A DNA stretch of 64,000 bases from a virus. The notes under the pieces were generated by a model. It was not told the origin of the DNA. It was given only the letters and a program-made list of their open reading frames with translations, and made no database searches. This document shows positions 29,908 to 38,816 of this stretch, piece by piece. The stretch is from IMG/VR virus record IMGVR_UViG_3300032285_003860. One strand, written 5' to 3'. A program made the position numbers and the translations under genes. Positions within the stretch are counted from its first letter, which is position 1. Each line of letters starts with the position of its first letter.

Positions 29908-30456
29908 ATGTCATCATTTGATAGCACAATTAGATTAAGGCAGCTCAATTCTTCTGAATTGTCTGGATATATTTCTTTGGTTTGCCAAAGTTTATTATCG
30001 GGCGTCACAGGCATTCAAACTGGAAATTTAACTGGCGCATTTTATCCTTTAAATGGTAATCCTAGTGGATTTGTAGTTTCTGGTCAAACTGGGATCTTTA
30101 TGACCCAGTCAAATTTAGATAGTCTTTATTCTCAAACAATTTCATATGTTGCTGCGAATTATTATCCAGTTTCAAATCCAAGCGGATATATTTCTAGCGC
30201 TACCATTCCTGCAATTTTATCTTTTGTTACAGGATGTTCAAGCGGGGCAAGTAGCGAATTTATTCCTTTTTATTCTGGCGGCGCTCCATATACTTTTTCA
30301 AATACCCCAAAAGTAGTTTGTTCATTTCAAAATGCAGTAGATTCTAACATTTATTTTACTTCTATAGGAAATATTTTACCATATGGATTTTATATAAATT
30401 ATAGCCAGCCAATTGCGCAGAATGGATATTATTTAAATGTCGTTTCAACATTATAA
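29908..30456 (+). CDS. short fibre with FDSTIR N-terminal module
   Basis: first ~95 aa align with the 21660 protein; short C-terminal FSNTPKVV beta domain. Confidence 0.75.
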   Translation: MSSFDSTIRLRQLNSSELSGYISLVCQSLLSGVTGIQTGNLTGAFYPLNGNPSGFVVSGQTGIFMTQSNLDSLYSQTISYVAANYYPVSNPSGYISSATIPAILSFVTGCSSGASSEFIPFYSGGAPYTFSNTPKVVCSFQNAVDSNIYFTSIGNILPYGFYINYSQPIAQNGYYLNVVSTL

Positions 30457-30459
30457 CCT

Positions 30460-32187
30460 ATGACAAGTTTATTCCAAAATGCAAAAATAGGCATCATTGA
30501 TACAAGTGGTCAAATTATTAATAGTACCAGTGGCAATGTATCTTTTGCCGCTAGACCATTTGTAAATGGAACTGGACTTTTATTAAGCGGCGAAGCTGCG
30601 CCTTCTGGAATTTATGGTTCTCAATGGACCACAACTGGATCAAAAATTTATTATAATTCAGGCAATATTGGTATAAATAATTCTAATCCACTTTATAAAT
30701 TAGACATCTCTGGAACAATTGGAAACAGTAATGGCGGTCTTGATTTTGCAACTTCTGGCATTCAATTATTAGTTACTGGAGGCACAAATAGCGGAGTAAA
30801 TACTGGCATAATTGGTATCTGGATTTCTGGGGTTTCGCCCAGTATACCAAATCCCTATACTGGCGCGCCGCAAATAGGTTGGATTGCTCAATTCCCAAAT
30901 GATTTAACATTGCCAAATAGAATAGCTAGAGTAACTGGTAGCGAATTTGCCAATACGTCATATTGGAGAATATACTTTGATTCTTCTTTTGTAATTAGCT
31001 ATCCACACACATACTACTCTAATCCAAATGTTAATATTATTCCTTATGGCGGTGGAAACGTTGGCATAGCAAATAATAATCCTCAATATACTCTTGATGT
31101 GAGTGGAATGGGTAATTTTTCAAGTGGATTGTATGTTAATAGAAATCCTGTATCAACTGGGGAACCAATCGCCATTTCTTTAAGCGGCAGTGTTGTATTA
31201 TTAACTGGCAGGCAAAATGTGACAGGAGCTAAAACTTTTAATGATGCAGTTATTTTAAGTGGAACAGCGGGATCCAATTCAATTATTCTTTCTGGAAATG
31301 GAACTGCCGTTTTTTCTAATGGAGCTGGGGCTTATTCAAATTTTTTACCAGGAGTATTTACTGTAAATGATAATGCGGGCAGCATTCTTTCATTTGGTAA
31401 TACTGCGGGCGGAGGGAGTCTTAGTGTTCAATCTGATGCAACTTTTTCAAAACGTCCAATTGTAAATGGAACAGGAGTATTACTAGTTGGAGAGGCAGTA
31501 AGTCAGTGGGGATCATATGGTAGCGCGATTTATTATGACGCTGGATCTGTTGGCATCAATACTAGCACTCCAAGTTTTGATTTAGATGTAAATGGAACAA
31601 TTGGCAATAGTAATGGTCCAGTACAAATCACTGCTTATTCTAGCAGTAATATAGATTTATATGCTAGTTCTGATATTATAACTTTTTCTTCTGCCGATGG
31701 TGATGCTGGAGCTTTAACTTTTGCATTATATAGTCTAGCCACTCAAGTGACTTCTCATGCGGGATTAGAATTATATGCTGGAGATGTTCATGGTTATAAC
31801 ACTGTTCTTTATGGTGGAGTTAATGAAGATGGTGCCGGTGGCAATGTTGTAATTTCTGCTGGTGATGGATCAACAGTTAATGGCAATATTCAATTATTAA
31901 GCACCGTTGGAATAAATACTTCTTCTCCTTCTGCATCTTATGCTCTTGATGTCAATGGTGATATATATTGCAACGGAAAAATAACTGCAGTTGGCGGCGT
32001 TGATCCGCCCTATGTTTTATTTGACTTAAACACAAGACAATCTGTCAAAACAAGAGTCTTGGCAGAAGTACCCATTGATAAACAATCTGGGGCAGCACAA
32101 TTTTGGAACTTAGATACAAAAAAGATGGAAGTCTATATTGCATCCGAAGACAAATTTTATGACTTGAATGGTAATTTATTACAATAG
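30460..32187 (+). CDS. fibre protein
   Basis: RP.VNGTG.LL.GEA x2, GIN...P...LDV.G repeats, C-terminal DPPYVLFD domain. Confidence 0.75.
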   Translation: MTSLFQNAKIGIIDTSGQIINSTSGNVSFAARPFVNGTGLLLSGEAAPSGIYGSQWTTTGSKIYYNSGNIGINNSNPLYKLDISGTIGNSNGGLDFATSGIQLLVTGGTNSGVNTGIIGIWISGVSPSIPNPYTGAPQIGWIAQFPNDLTLPNRIARVTGSEFANTSYWRIYFDSSFVISYPHTYYSNPNVNIIPYGGGNVGIANNNPQYTLDVSGMGNFSSGLYVNRNPVSTGEPIAISLSGSVVLLTGRQNVTGAKTFNDAVILSGTAGSNSIILSGNGTAVFSNGAGAYSNFLPGVFTVNDNAGSILSFGNTAGGGSLSVQSDATFSKRPIVNGTGVLLVGEAVSQWGSYGSAIYYDAGSVGINTSTPSFDLDVNGTIGNSNGPVQITAYSSSNIDLYASSDIITFSSADGDAGALTFALYSLATQVTSHAGLELYAGDVHGYNTVLYGGVNEDGAGGNVVISAGDGSTVNGNIQLLSTVGINTSSPSASYALDVNGDIYCNGKITAVGGVDPPYVLFDLNTRQSVKTRVLAEVPIDKQSGAAQFWNLDTKKMEVYIASEDKFYDLNGNLLQ

Positions 32188-32214
32188 GAATCTTATTTAT
32201 TAAAAAATTAAATT

Positions 32215-32221
32215 GTGTAAT
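32215..32221 (+). promoter_or_regulatory. GTGTAAT candidate late promoter
   Basis: 18 nt before ATG 32233. Confidence 0.72.
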
Positions 32222-32232
32222 ATAATAATATT

Positions 32233-32484
32233 ATGAACATTGAACCAAAAATAGTAACAGATACAAAAACCGTCACCTCATCATTCTCACTCTCTAAATT
32301 GAATGATTCTCATGTGACCATGGATGACCCAATGAGAAAAACATTGAGAATTCAGTTGGTTGAGGCTATGCCACCCCAAAACGTAATCATTTCTGGTGAA
32401 GAATATGATTCTTTGGGTCAATGGACTGATGAATCATTGAGCGCCTTTCTGGTCGCTAAATATGGTCTTGTAGCCGCTTCCTAA
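32233..32484 (+). CDS. small hypothetical protein (possible fibre chaperone)
   Basis: 83 aa ORF with own promoter motif; GEEYDSLGQWTDE. Confidence 0.65.
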   Translation: MNIEPKIVTDTKTVTSSFSLSKLNDSHVTMDDPMRKTLRIQLVEAMPPQNVIISGEEYDSLGQWTDESLSAFLVAKYGLVAAS

Positions 32485-32521
32485 GTCTTTTAAAATATTA
32501 GAAAAACAATATCCATTTGCC

Positions 32522-32528
32522 GTGTAAT
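32522..32528 (+). promoter_or_regulatory. GTGTAAT candidate late promoter
   Basis: 15 nt before ATG 32537. Confidence 0.72.
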
Positions 32529-32536
32529 ATACTTAT

Positions 32537-32899
32537 ATGGCAAATGTATATGATATTTCAATAGATCAAGGCTCCAGTTTAAACTTAACCTTAACAGCGA
32601 CAGACTCGGCTGGGGCTTATTTAAATCTCTCTGGATATGCTGCCAGAGGCAAGATTAAGTATGGTTATGGTTCTACCGGTTATTTGCTTGATATCAATCC
32701 CACAGTTGATTCCAGTTACGTTAGCGGATTAATTAATATCTCTCTTAGTGCAACCAGTACTTCTCTGCTTCCCATCACAAAAGCAGTCTATGACATAGAA
32801 GTTTATACTACGGGAACAATTGGAGCAATTGCCAGTGGCTATACTTTTAAAGTACTAAAGGGATATGCCAATGTTTCCCCAGAAGTAACAACAAGTTAA
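32537..32899 (+). CDS. virion adaptor protein (BppU-N/Ig-like)
   Basis: YDISIDQGS...NLSGY.A..KIK...I.LSA..T..L....VYDIE pattern typical of phage fibre-attachment domains. Confidence 0.65.
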   Translation: MANVYDISIDQGSSLNLTLTATDSAGAYLNLSGYAARGKIKYGYGSTGYLLDINPTVDSSYVSGLINISLSATSTSLLPITKAVYDIEVYTTGTIGAIASGYTFKVLKGYANVSPEVTTS

Positions 32900-32903
32900 A
32901 CTT

Positions 32904-34751
32904 ATGGCTGATATTAACGTGACAGTTCAGGATAATCCACTTAACATTACTGTTAATACCAATCCTAATGTTTTTATCTCTGCTGCAACTGCTGGAGTGC
33001 AAGGACCAGCAGGTTCACAAGGGGCTTCTGGAGTTGCAGGACAATTAATTAGTTTAAATAGTTTAACGGGATATGTTAACCTTACTGGACTTGGCAACAT
33101 CTCTATAACAACTGGAAGTAGTTTAATTTATATTTCTGGCGCAACTGGAAACTTTTACCCAATCAACAATCCAAGTGGATATACTGCAACTGGATTTGTT
33201 ACGGGCATAAGCGGTTATTTACAAAATCAAATAACATCTTTAAGTGGGACACTAACTGGTAATTATGTTTTAAATTCTTCTACCGGCGTTTTTGCCACAA
33301 GTGCAAATTTGATTTCAACTGGCTCTAATCTTCAAAATCAGATTAATTCTTTGAGCGGAACCTTAACTGGCAATTACGTTTTAAAATCCGCCACAGGAGT
33401 ATTTGTAACAACTGGACAAACTGGAGTTTTTGCCACTTCAGCCAATCTTATATCAACGGGTTCAAATTTACAAGGTCAAATCTCAAGCCTTAGTGGAACT
33501 TTAACTGGTAATTATGTATTAACAAATACTGCAACAGGAATTAGCGGCACATTAGCCTCATCTATTGCATCAACTGGTTCAAACTTACAGGGGCAAATAA
33601 ATTCGTTGAGTGGTACATTGACAGGAAATTACGTATTAAATTCTAGTACTGGAATATTTGTTACAACAGGTCAGACAGGCAGCTTTATAACAGCTAATCA
33701 AACTGGCAACTCAAATACTTTGGGTGGACAATCAGGTTCATATTATTTAAATTATGCAAATATGACTGGTTCTATAAATGGGACTGGTTCATTTGTTACA
33801 GCAAGTCAAACTGGCCAATTTTATCCAAATTCAAATCCATCTGGATATATTACTGGATTTAATTCTGGCATTTACGTTCAAACTGGACAAACTGGAAACT
33901 TTATAACTACAAGTCAGACTGGACAATTTTATGCTAATTCAAATCCAAGTGGATATATTGGTTCGGCAGGATTATCTGGATATGTGACAACAGGTCAAAC
34001 AGGTAATTTTGTGACCACAAGTCAGACTGGGCAGTTTTACGCCAATTCAAATCCTTCTGGTTATATTACGGGGGTAAATCTTTCAAGCTATATTACTACT
34101 GGACAAACTGGAGTTTTTGCCACTAGTGCTAATTTAATCCTAACGGGTTCAAATCTTCAAGGACAAATATCTTCTTTAAGTGGAACTTTGACTGGGAATT
34201 ATGTTTTAATTTCAACCTCAACAGGAATTAGTGGAATTTTATCTTCTTCTATTGCTTCAACGGGGTCGAATTTACAAGGGCAAATTAATTCATTAAGTGG
34301 AACTTTGACGGGAAATTATGTTTTAAAATCTTCTACTGGCGTATTTGTTACTACAGGTCAAACTGGGGCTTTTTATCCAAGAAGTAATCCATCTGGTTTC
34401 ATCTCTGGTTATCAAAATGCCCAAGGATGGATTGGCGTCACTCAATCTCCAACATATTTTAATATAGACTCGCCCAATATTGGCAACTCTTATACGACTT
34501 TTGGAATTGGAGCTTCTCAAGATGTTTCTATATATCCAAATAGAAATTTATTATTAGGTCCTGTTGGTAAAGTGGGCATTCAAAATTCTAATCCAGTATA
34601 TGATTTAGATGTAATTGGTTCGGGTAATTTTAGTAGTAAACTTTCTGTTTCTGGCAGCATTTATACTAATAGTGGATTCCAGCTATATGATGCTGGTTTG
34701 GGCAGGATTGTCACAATCACTTGCTTTAATGGAATATTGAGCGTCAATTAG
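32904..34751 (+). CDS. repetitive fibre shaft protein
   Basis: STGSNLQGQI.SLSGTLTGNYVL, TGQTG.F.T and FY..SNPSGY repeats; short collagen run. Confidence 0.8.
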   Translation: MADINVTVQDNPLNITVNTNPNVFISAATAGVQGPAGSQGASGVAGQLISLNSLTGYVNLTGLGNISITTGSSLIYISGATGNFYPINNPSGYTATGFVTGISGYLQNQITSLSGTLTGNYVLNSSTGVFATSANLISTGSNLQNQINSLSGTLTGNYVLKSATGVFVTTGQTGVFATSANLISTGSNLQGQISSLSGTLTGNYVLTNTATGISGTLASSIASTGSNLQGQINSLSGTLTGNYVLNSSTGIFVTTGQTGSFITANQTGNSNTLGGQSGSYYLNYANMTGSINGTGSFVTASQTGQFYPNSNPSGYITGFNSGIYVQTGQTGNFITTSQTGQFYANSNPSGYIGSAGLSGYVTTGQTGNFVTTSQTGQFYANSNPSGYITGVNLSSYITTGQTGVFATSANLILTGSNLQGQISSLSGTLTGNYVLISTSTGISGILSSSIASTGSNLQGQINSLSGTLTGNYVLKSSTGVFVTTGQTGAFYPRSNPSGFISGYQNAQGWIGVTQSPTYFNIDSPNIGNSYTTFGIGASQDVSIYPNRNLLLGPVGKVGIQNSNPVYDLDVIGSGNFSSKLSVSGSIYTNSGFQLYDAGLGRIVTITCFNGILSVN

Positions 34752-34763
34752 TTATAATAAATT

Positions 34764-35930
34764 ATGAAAAAATGGTTTTTAACAGTTTTTTTGGTGATGA
34801 CGGCATTTTTATTAAATGCTCAATATAGTCCTATAACCATCAATCCAAGTGGTAATGTGGTAAATACAAATGCTACTATAACATTTTCTAATTATTCTTT
34901 TTTTAAGACCAATGTATATTTTGGCGGTAATACTTACACGACCAATCATGCTTATGACGCATCTGGTAATCTGCTAGATCCACAGGCTAATGAGTACGTG
35001 ACTGCATCATTTGTTCGAAGCATTTTGAATAATGGTCAGTTCTTATATGGCACTCCAAACGCTACAAATAATATAGGATTTACTAATTATGATGGTACGA
35101 CAAACACAATAGCTTTGCTGTTTGGGACGACGGCTCCGACCAATTACAGTAAACAATTCTCCAACTTTGTGGCTGGTACATATTGGGCATCAGTCATCTC
35201 TACGAATACCTTTCAGTCCGTGTCTGGTCCATATGTGAATGACATATATGTCAATCTTGACTCCGATAAAGCAAATCCGAATCCTATTCCTACATTCACA
35301 ATGATGCCAGACATCTATGCGACCTATGACAGAACCAATCTGATACTGCTTGCCGCCGGCTCTGCACAATCAATTGTCTATCACGATACGAATCTATACA
35401 CGTGGATTCAATCTTCTCCGCAATATACATCTACAAATGCGGCTGGATTTTACATCGTCAGACGCGTGAAGTGCGATTCATTTACAGTTGGTGGTGGTAA
35501 TGGCAAGCCCATCATCAACGTATTTGGTGGATCAAACTACATCACATCCGTTTCATTTAGTACGCCAGTCGTCATCAATGCAAACTACTACGGCGCATTT
35601 ACTGGCACTCATATTGGAGATGGTTCAGCATTAACAAATCTTAACCCAGCAAATTTAATTTTTAATGCTACTACACAAACAACAGCGGTATTAAATTTTA
35701 ATTTAAATGAGATTGCCATTACCAACAATATTACATTCACTTCAGCCACTGGAGTTGCATCAAATGGGTATGCTAAATATATTGGCGCAACTGTTTTTGG
35801 CACTGGTATTACTGTTGCTTGGCCTCAAATTTGGAGCCCAAACAACACCAATTTAGTAGTGCTAACAAATGGCATTGTGGCTTTTAAATGCTTTGGAACC
35901 AATGTGTTTGCAGCTCCTTATCAGCCATGA
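34764..35930 (+). CDS. signal-peptide-bearing Thr-Asn-rich fibre-like protein
   Basis: MKKWFLTVFLVMTAFLLNA-Q; 16 TN dipeptides; FTG..IGDGSALTNL fibre motif. Confidence 0.7.
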   Translation: MKKWFLTVFLVMTAFLLNAQYSPITINPSGNVVNTNATITFSNYSFFKTNVYFGGNTYTTNHAYDASGNLLDPQANEYVTASFVRSILNNGQFLYGTPNATNNIGFTNYDGTTNTIALLFGTTAPTNYSKQFSNFVAGTYWASVISTNTFQSVSGPYVNDIYVNLDSDKANPNPIPTFTMMPDIYATYDRTNLILLAAGSAQSIVYHDTNLYTWIQSSPQYTSTNAAGFYIVRRVKCDSFTVGGGNGKPIINVFGGSNYITSVSFSTPVVINANYYGAFTGTHIGDGSALTNLNPANLIFNATTQTTAVLNFNLNEIAITNNITFTSATGVASNGYAKYIGATVFGTGITVAWPQIWSPNNTNLVVLTNGIVAFKCFGTNVFAAPYQP

Positions 35931-36739
35931 AAAATATAATTTTAATTTTATTGCTGGTTTGCAATTGCGCATATTCACAAAGCGCATTTTCTTTTCGTAA
36001 TGCAGCATTTGTAGGAGCATTAAAGCCTAAAGCAAAATCTGGAAATACTCTGCTTACTTCATTGTTTTCTTATTGGAAGTTAGACGAGACTGGAACATAT
36101 GGCGCAAGAGCTGATTCATCTGCAAATCACGTAGATTTAGATGCACCTAATGGCGCTGATTATTCAGCTGGCTTAATAAACTATGCATATTATTGTCCAG
36201 AAAATAATGATGGTTATTTAATAAACGTTGATTCAGTTGGTCAAAATATATATGGCGCTAGTGAATTTACAATTTCTTTTTGGGTTAATTGGTCATTGGG
36301 GCCAAGTGAATATGATGCTCAAGGCATAATTTCGATAGGAGAAGGATTTTGTATACAAGCAAGACCTTATGACGGGGCATATAGTTTTTTTTGTAGAACT
36401 GCAGATCCTCAAGCAGATTCTAATTATTATATAAGTTATAATTTTGGATCTGCTAATTTTAATTCTTGGGATCATGTTGTTGTAACTAGGTCATTAGATG
36501 GATATTTAAGGTTTTATGTAAATAATAGTTTAACTGATACAATACCTATAAGTGGTGCCATCCAAGGGAATCCATATGATATATTTTCAAGCAGTGATAT
36601 TATTCTGGGAAGATTAGTATATGGATATCCATTATATGGTAGTATCGACGAGTTCGGAGTTTGGACGAGAGCGTTGACAAGCTTGGAAGTAGAATCTTTA
36701 TATAATGGTGGAAACGGAAAACCTTTTAATACATTTTAA
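35927..36739 (+). CDS. signal-peptide-bearing LamG lectin protein
   Basis: start moved to ATGA overlap at 35927 (MKNIILILLLVCNCAYS-Q); YWKLDE, FTISFWV, WDHVVVT, GSIDEFGVWTRALT..EV..LYN. Confidence 0.8.
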   Translation: MKNIILILLLVCNCAYSQSAFSFRNAAFVGALKPKAKSGNTLLTSLFSYWKLDETGTYGARADSSANHVDLDAPNGADYSAGLINYAYYCPENNDGYLINVDSVGQNIYGASEFTISFWVNWSLGPSEYDAQGIISIGEGFCIQARPYDGAYSFFCRTADPQADSNYYISYNFGSANFNSWDHVVVTRSLDGYLRFYVNNSLTDTIPISGAIQGNPYDIFSSSDIILGRLVYGYPLYGSIDEFGVWTRALTSLEVESLYNGGNGKPFNTF

Positions 36740-36742
36740 TTT

Positions 36743-37030
36743 ATGAAAAAATCAATTATCGCTATCGGTCTCGCTTTGGCGGGAGTTATTCACGCGCAGG
36801 ACGCAACTAATGTCCCGTCTGCAAGTTCTATTATTGTAACAACTAGAACTAACATTGTTACCATAGTTCAGCCCATTCAATTAACTACTGAACAAATGGC
36901 TGGAATCATCACTGCTGTTCAAGCAGGTGGCATCAGCGCAAATATACCTATCACTACTGACAATCTTCAGGGCGTTAATGTCCGTAAAAACCCTGCCGGT
37001 GGATATACTGTTTATATTCAGGTAAAATAA
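36743..37030 (+). CDS. small signal-peptide-bearing protein
   Basis: MKKSIIAIGLALAGVIHA-Q. Confidence 0.7.
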   Translation: MKKSIIAIGLALAGVIHAQDATNVPSASSIIVTTRTNIVTIVQPIQLTTEQMAGIITAVQAGGISANIPITTDNLQGVNVRKNPAGGYTVYIQVK

Positions 37031-37077
37031 TTAAACTACTTGAAATATCGCCATAGTAAGCCATTGGTCTTATAAAA

Positions 37078-37084
37078 GTGTAAT
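37078..37084 (+). promoter_or_regulatory. GTGTAAT candidate late promoter
   Basis: 15 nt before ATG 37093. Confidence 0.72.
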
Positions 37085-37092
37085 CTATATAT

Positions 37093-37602
37093 ATGAAAGT
37101 CGTTGATATTGCCAATGAAATTTACTTAGAAAATGCTTCTCCAAGCGATACAAGCATTTCCTCAATTGCTTTTTGGATTCGCTCTAGCGTGGGCAAGTTA
37201 AATAATTTAATTTATGAGAGTTTTGTTGTGGACGCTGCCTCTTTAGAGATTGTGGATGGTTCTGGAAAAGAGATTTCTACTCTTGCTGCCGCTATCATAA
37301 AAATGATGTATAAAGTCTATAGAATAGACTTAGACATTCGCAGCAATATGTCTTCTCTTACAAATGACACTGTTTTAGAAGCAGTAGATGAAAATTTTAA
37401 AATCAAAAGAATCAATCGCAGCGAAGTATTAAAAACTCTTGCAACATTAAAAAAAGATTCATTAAAAGAATTAACTGACATTGTTCATTATTATCGCAGT
37501 TATAATGGTGTGCCCGACGCAATTAATGGCGATGATACTCAATGGGGTTATTATCCAGGCACTTCAACTCAATACGTCAGAAGCGTGGTTGGTCCAGTAT
37601 AA
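37093..37602 (+). CDS. putative head-tail adaptor
   Basis: 169 aa, helical; first of four neck-sized genes before the tail tube (synteny). Confidence 0.5.
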   Translation: MKVVDIANEIYLENASPSDTSISSIAFWIRSSVGKLNNLIYESFVVDAASLEIVDGSGKEISTLAAAIIKMMYKVYRIDLDIRSNMSSLTNDTVLEAVDENFKIKRINRSEVLKTLATLKKDSLKELTDIVHYYRSYNGVPDAINGDDTQWGYYPGTSTQYVRSVVGPV

Positions 37603-37610
37603 TTAAATTT

Positions 37611-38072
37611 ATGGCAGGATTAATATCTAGCTCCGAAATGCAGATTGTTAGTGGATTGTATGATGATACTTTTAATACATTCCAAAGGAATATTGTTGTT
37701 TACAAAGAGCCAATTAAAAATGCCATAGTTAGCAGAACCAATCCTAATAACCCAAATCTTTTTGGTTTTGGTGATGCGCAAGTTGAAACTCAATATACTT
37801 ATACGCCAATAAGCGGCGTTTTCCCCGCAATTGTTAGATATGTTTCAAAAAATAACATTGGTAAATCTGAAATGATGATGGATACCAACGCATTTGTTCC
37901 TGTTGGAGAAGTAAAAATAAAAGTTAAACCAGATTGTTATAACTTTATAGAAAGCGGCACAACAGACAAAATTACTTTTGATAATAGAGATTTTTATTTT
38001 GTTGGAAAAGCTCAAGCAATGCCGTTTCTTGGAAATCTCTTTTATACCTATCAATTGAAGCCAAAGCCGTAA
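37611..38072 (+). CDS. putative head-closure protein
   Basis: start moved to ATG 37611; beta-rich, size and synteny. Confidence 0.5.
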   Translation: MAGLISSSEMQIVSGLYDDTFNTFQRNIVVYKEPIKNAIVSRTNPNNPNLFGFGDAQVETQYTYTPISGVFPAIVRYVSKNNIGKSEMMMDTNAFVPVGEVKIKVKPDCYNFIESGTTDKITFDNRDFYFVGKAQAMPFLGNLFYTYQLKPKP

Positions 38073-38088
38073 CATATAATGAATTATT

Positions 38089-38724
38089 ATGGCACGAGTA
38101 TCTCTTAATATTGATTATAAAGTCATTGAGAAAAAATTTTATAGAGAAGCAGGTAAATTGCAATCAGTAATGGCAAAAGCCAAAACAATTGCCAATAGGA
38201 ACTTCAGAAGAATTCATCAAGCTCTATTGGATGAATTTGAAGAGCATGATATTACTCAAGAATTAAGGGCTGGTCCAAATCCCGACGAAAATCCAAGTGG
38301 AACTCTAGGTTCAATGAGCGGCAATCTATTTTCGTTTTTGGGATTTGGTGGCGGCACAGATCCAACAAAAGAATTACGCGCCCTATTAATGAATATAAAT
38401 TTAGGCAGGGGTTATTATTCAAATGGCACAGTTTCTTTTGCTGTAAGAGATATTCCAACTAAAAATAAAATTATTGATGCCACAAGAATGGTTTGGGGCA
38501 ATCAAACAAGCTGGGCTTTTGCTGTTGAAACAGGAGAATTTAGCGGAGATGCAGAATTAAGCCATTTCATTTTTAAAACTTGGGCGGGTTCCCGTTCAGG
38601 CACAGGATTTCAACTCAAGGGAATTGAATATACTGAAGAAAGCTTTGTTCCAAAACAATATATTTCTGAAATGCTTAGAAAATTTAAAGAAAGAGTTGGT
38701 AATTATCAATATGCTTCTAGGTGA
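38089..38724 (+). CDS. putative neck/tail-completion protein
   Basis: basic 211 aa; WAFAVETG and P..YIS.ML..F pattern; synteny. Confidence 0.45.
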   Translation: MARVSLNIDYKVIEKKFYREAGKLQSVMAKAKTIANRNFRRIHQALLDEFEEHDITQELRAGPNPDENPSGTLGSMSGNLFSFLGFGGGTDPTKELRALLMNINLGRGYYSNGTVSFAVRDIPTKNKIIDATRMVWGNQTSWAFAVETGEFSGDAELSHFIFKTWAGSRSGTGFQLKGIEYTEESFVPKQYISEMLRKFKERVGNYQYASR

Positions 38725-38731
38725 GTGTAAT
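38725..38731 (+). promoter_or_regulatory. GTGTAAT candidate late promoter
   Basis: immediately after upstream stop; 14 nt before ATG 38739 and 57 nt before TTG 38782. Confidence 0.7.
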
Positions 38732-38738
38732 AAATGAT

Positions 38739-38816
38739 ATGGATACAGGAATTTTTACAATAAAATATAAGGAGGTTTCAATTGATTCCACAGCTAGACA
38801 ACCAAATATTAAGTAA
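38739..38816 (+). CDS. 25-aa upstream ORF overlapping the next gene's RBS and start
   Basis: MDTGIFTIKYKEVSIDSTARQPNIK*; ATG at the usual 14-nt spacing from the promoter motif. Confidence 0.35.
   Translation: MDTGIFTIKYKEVSIDSTARQPNIK

Noticed and set aside
26392-36739. diversity-generating retroelement targeting the lectins
   Set aside because: no reverse transcriptase and no near-identical TR/VR pair differing only at adenines seen in the window
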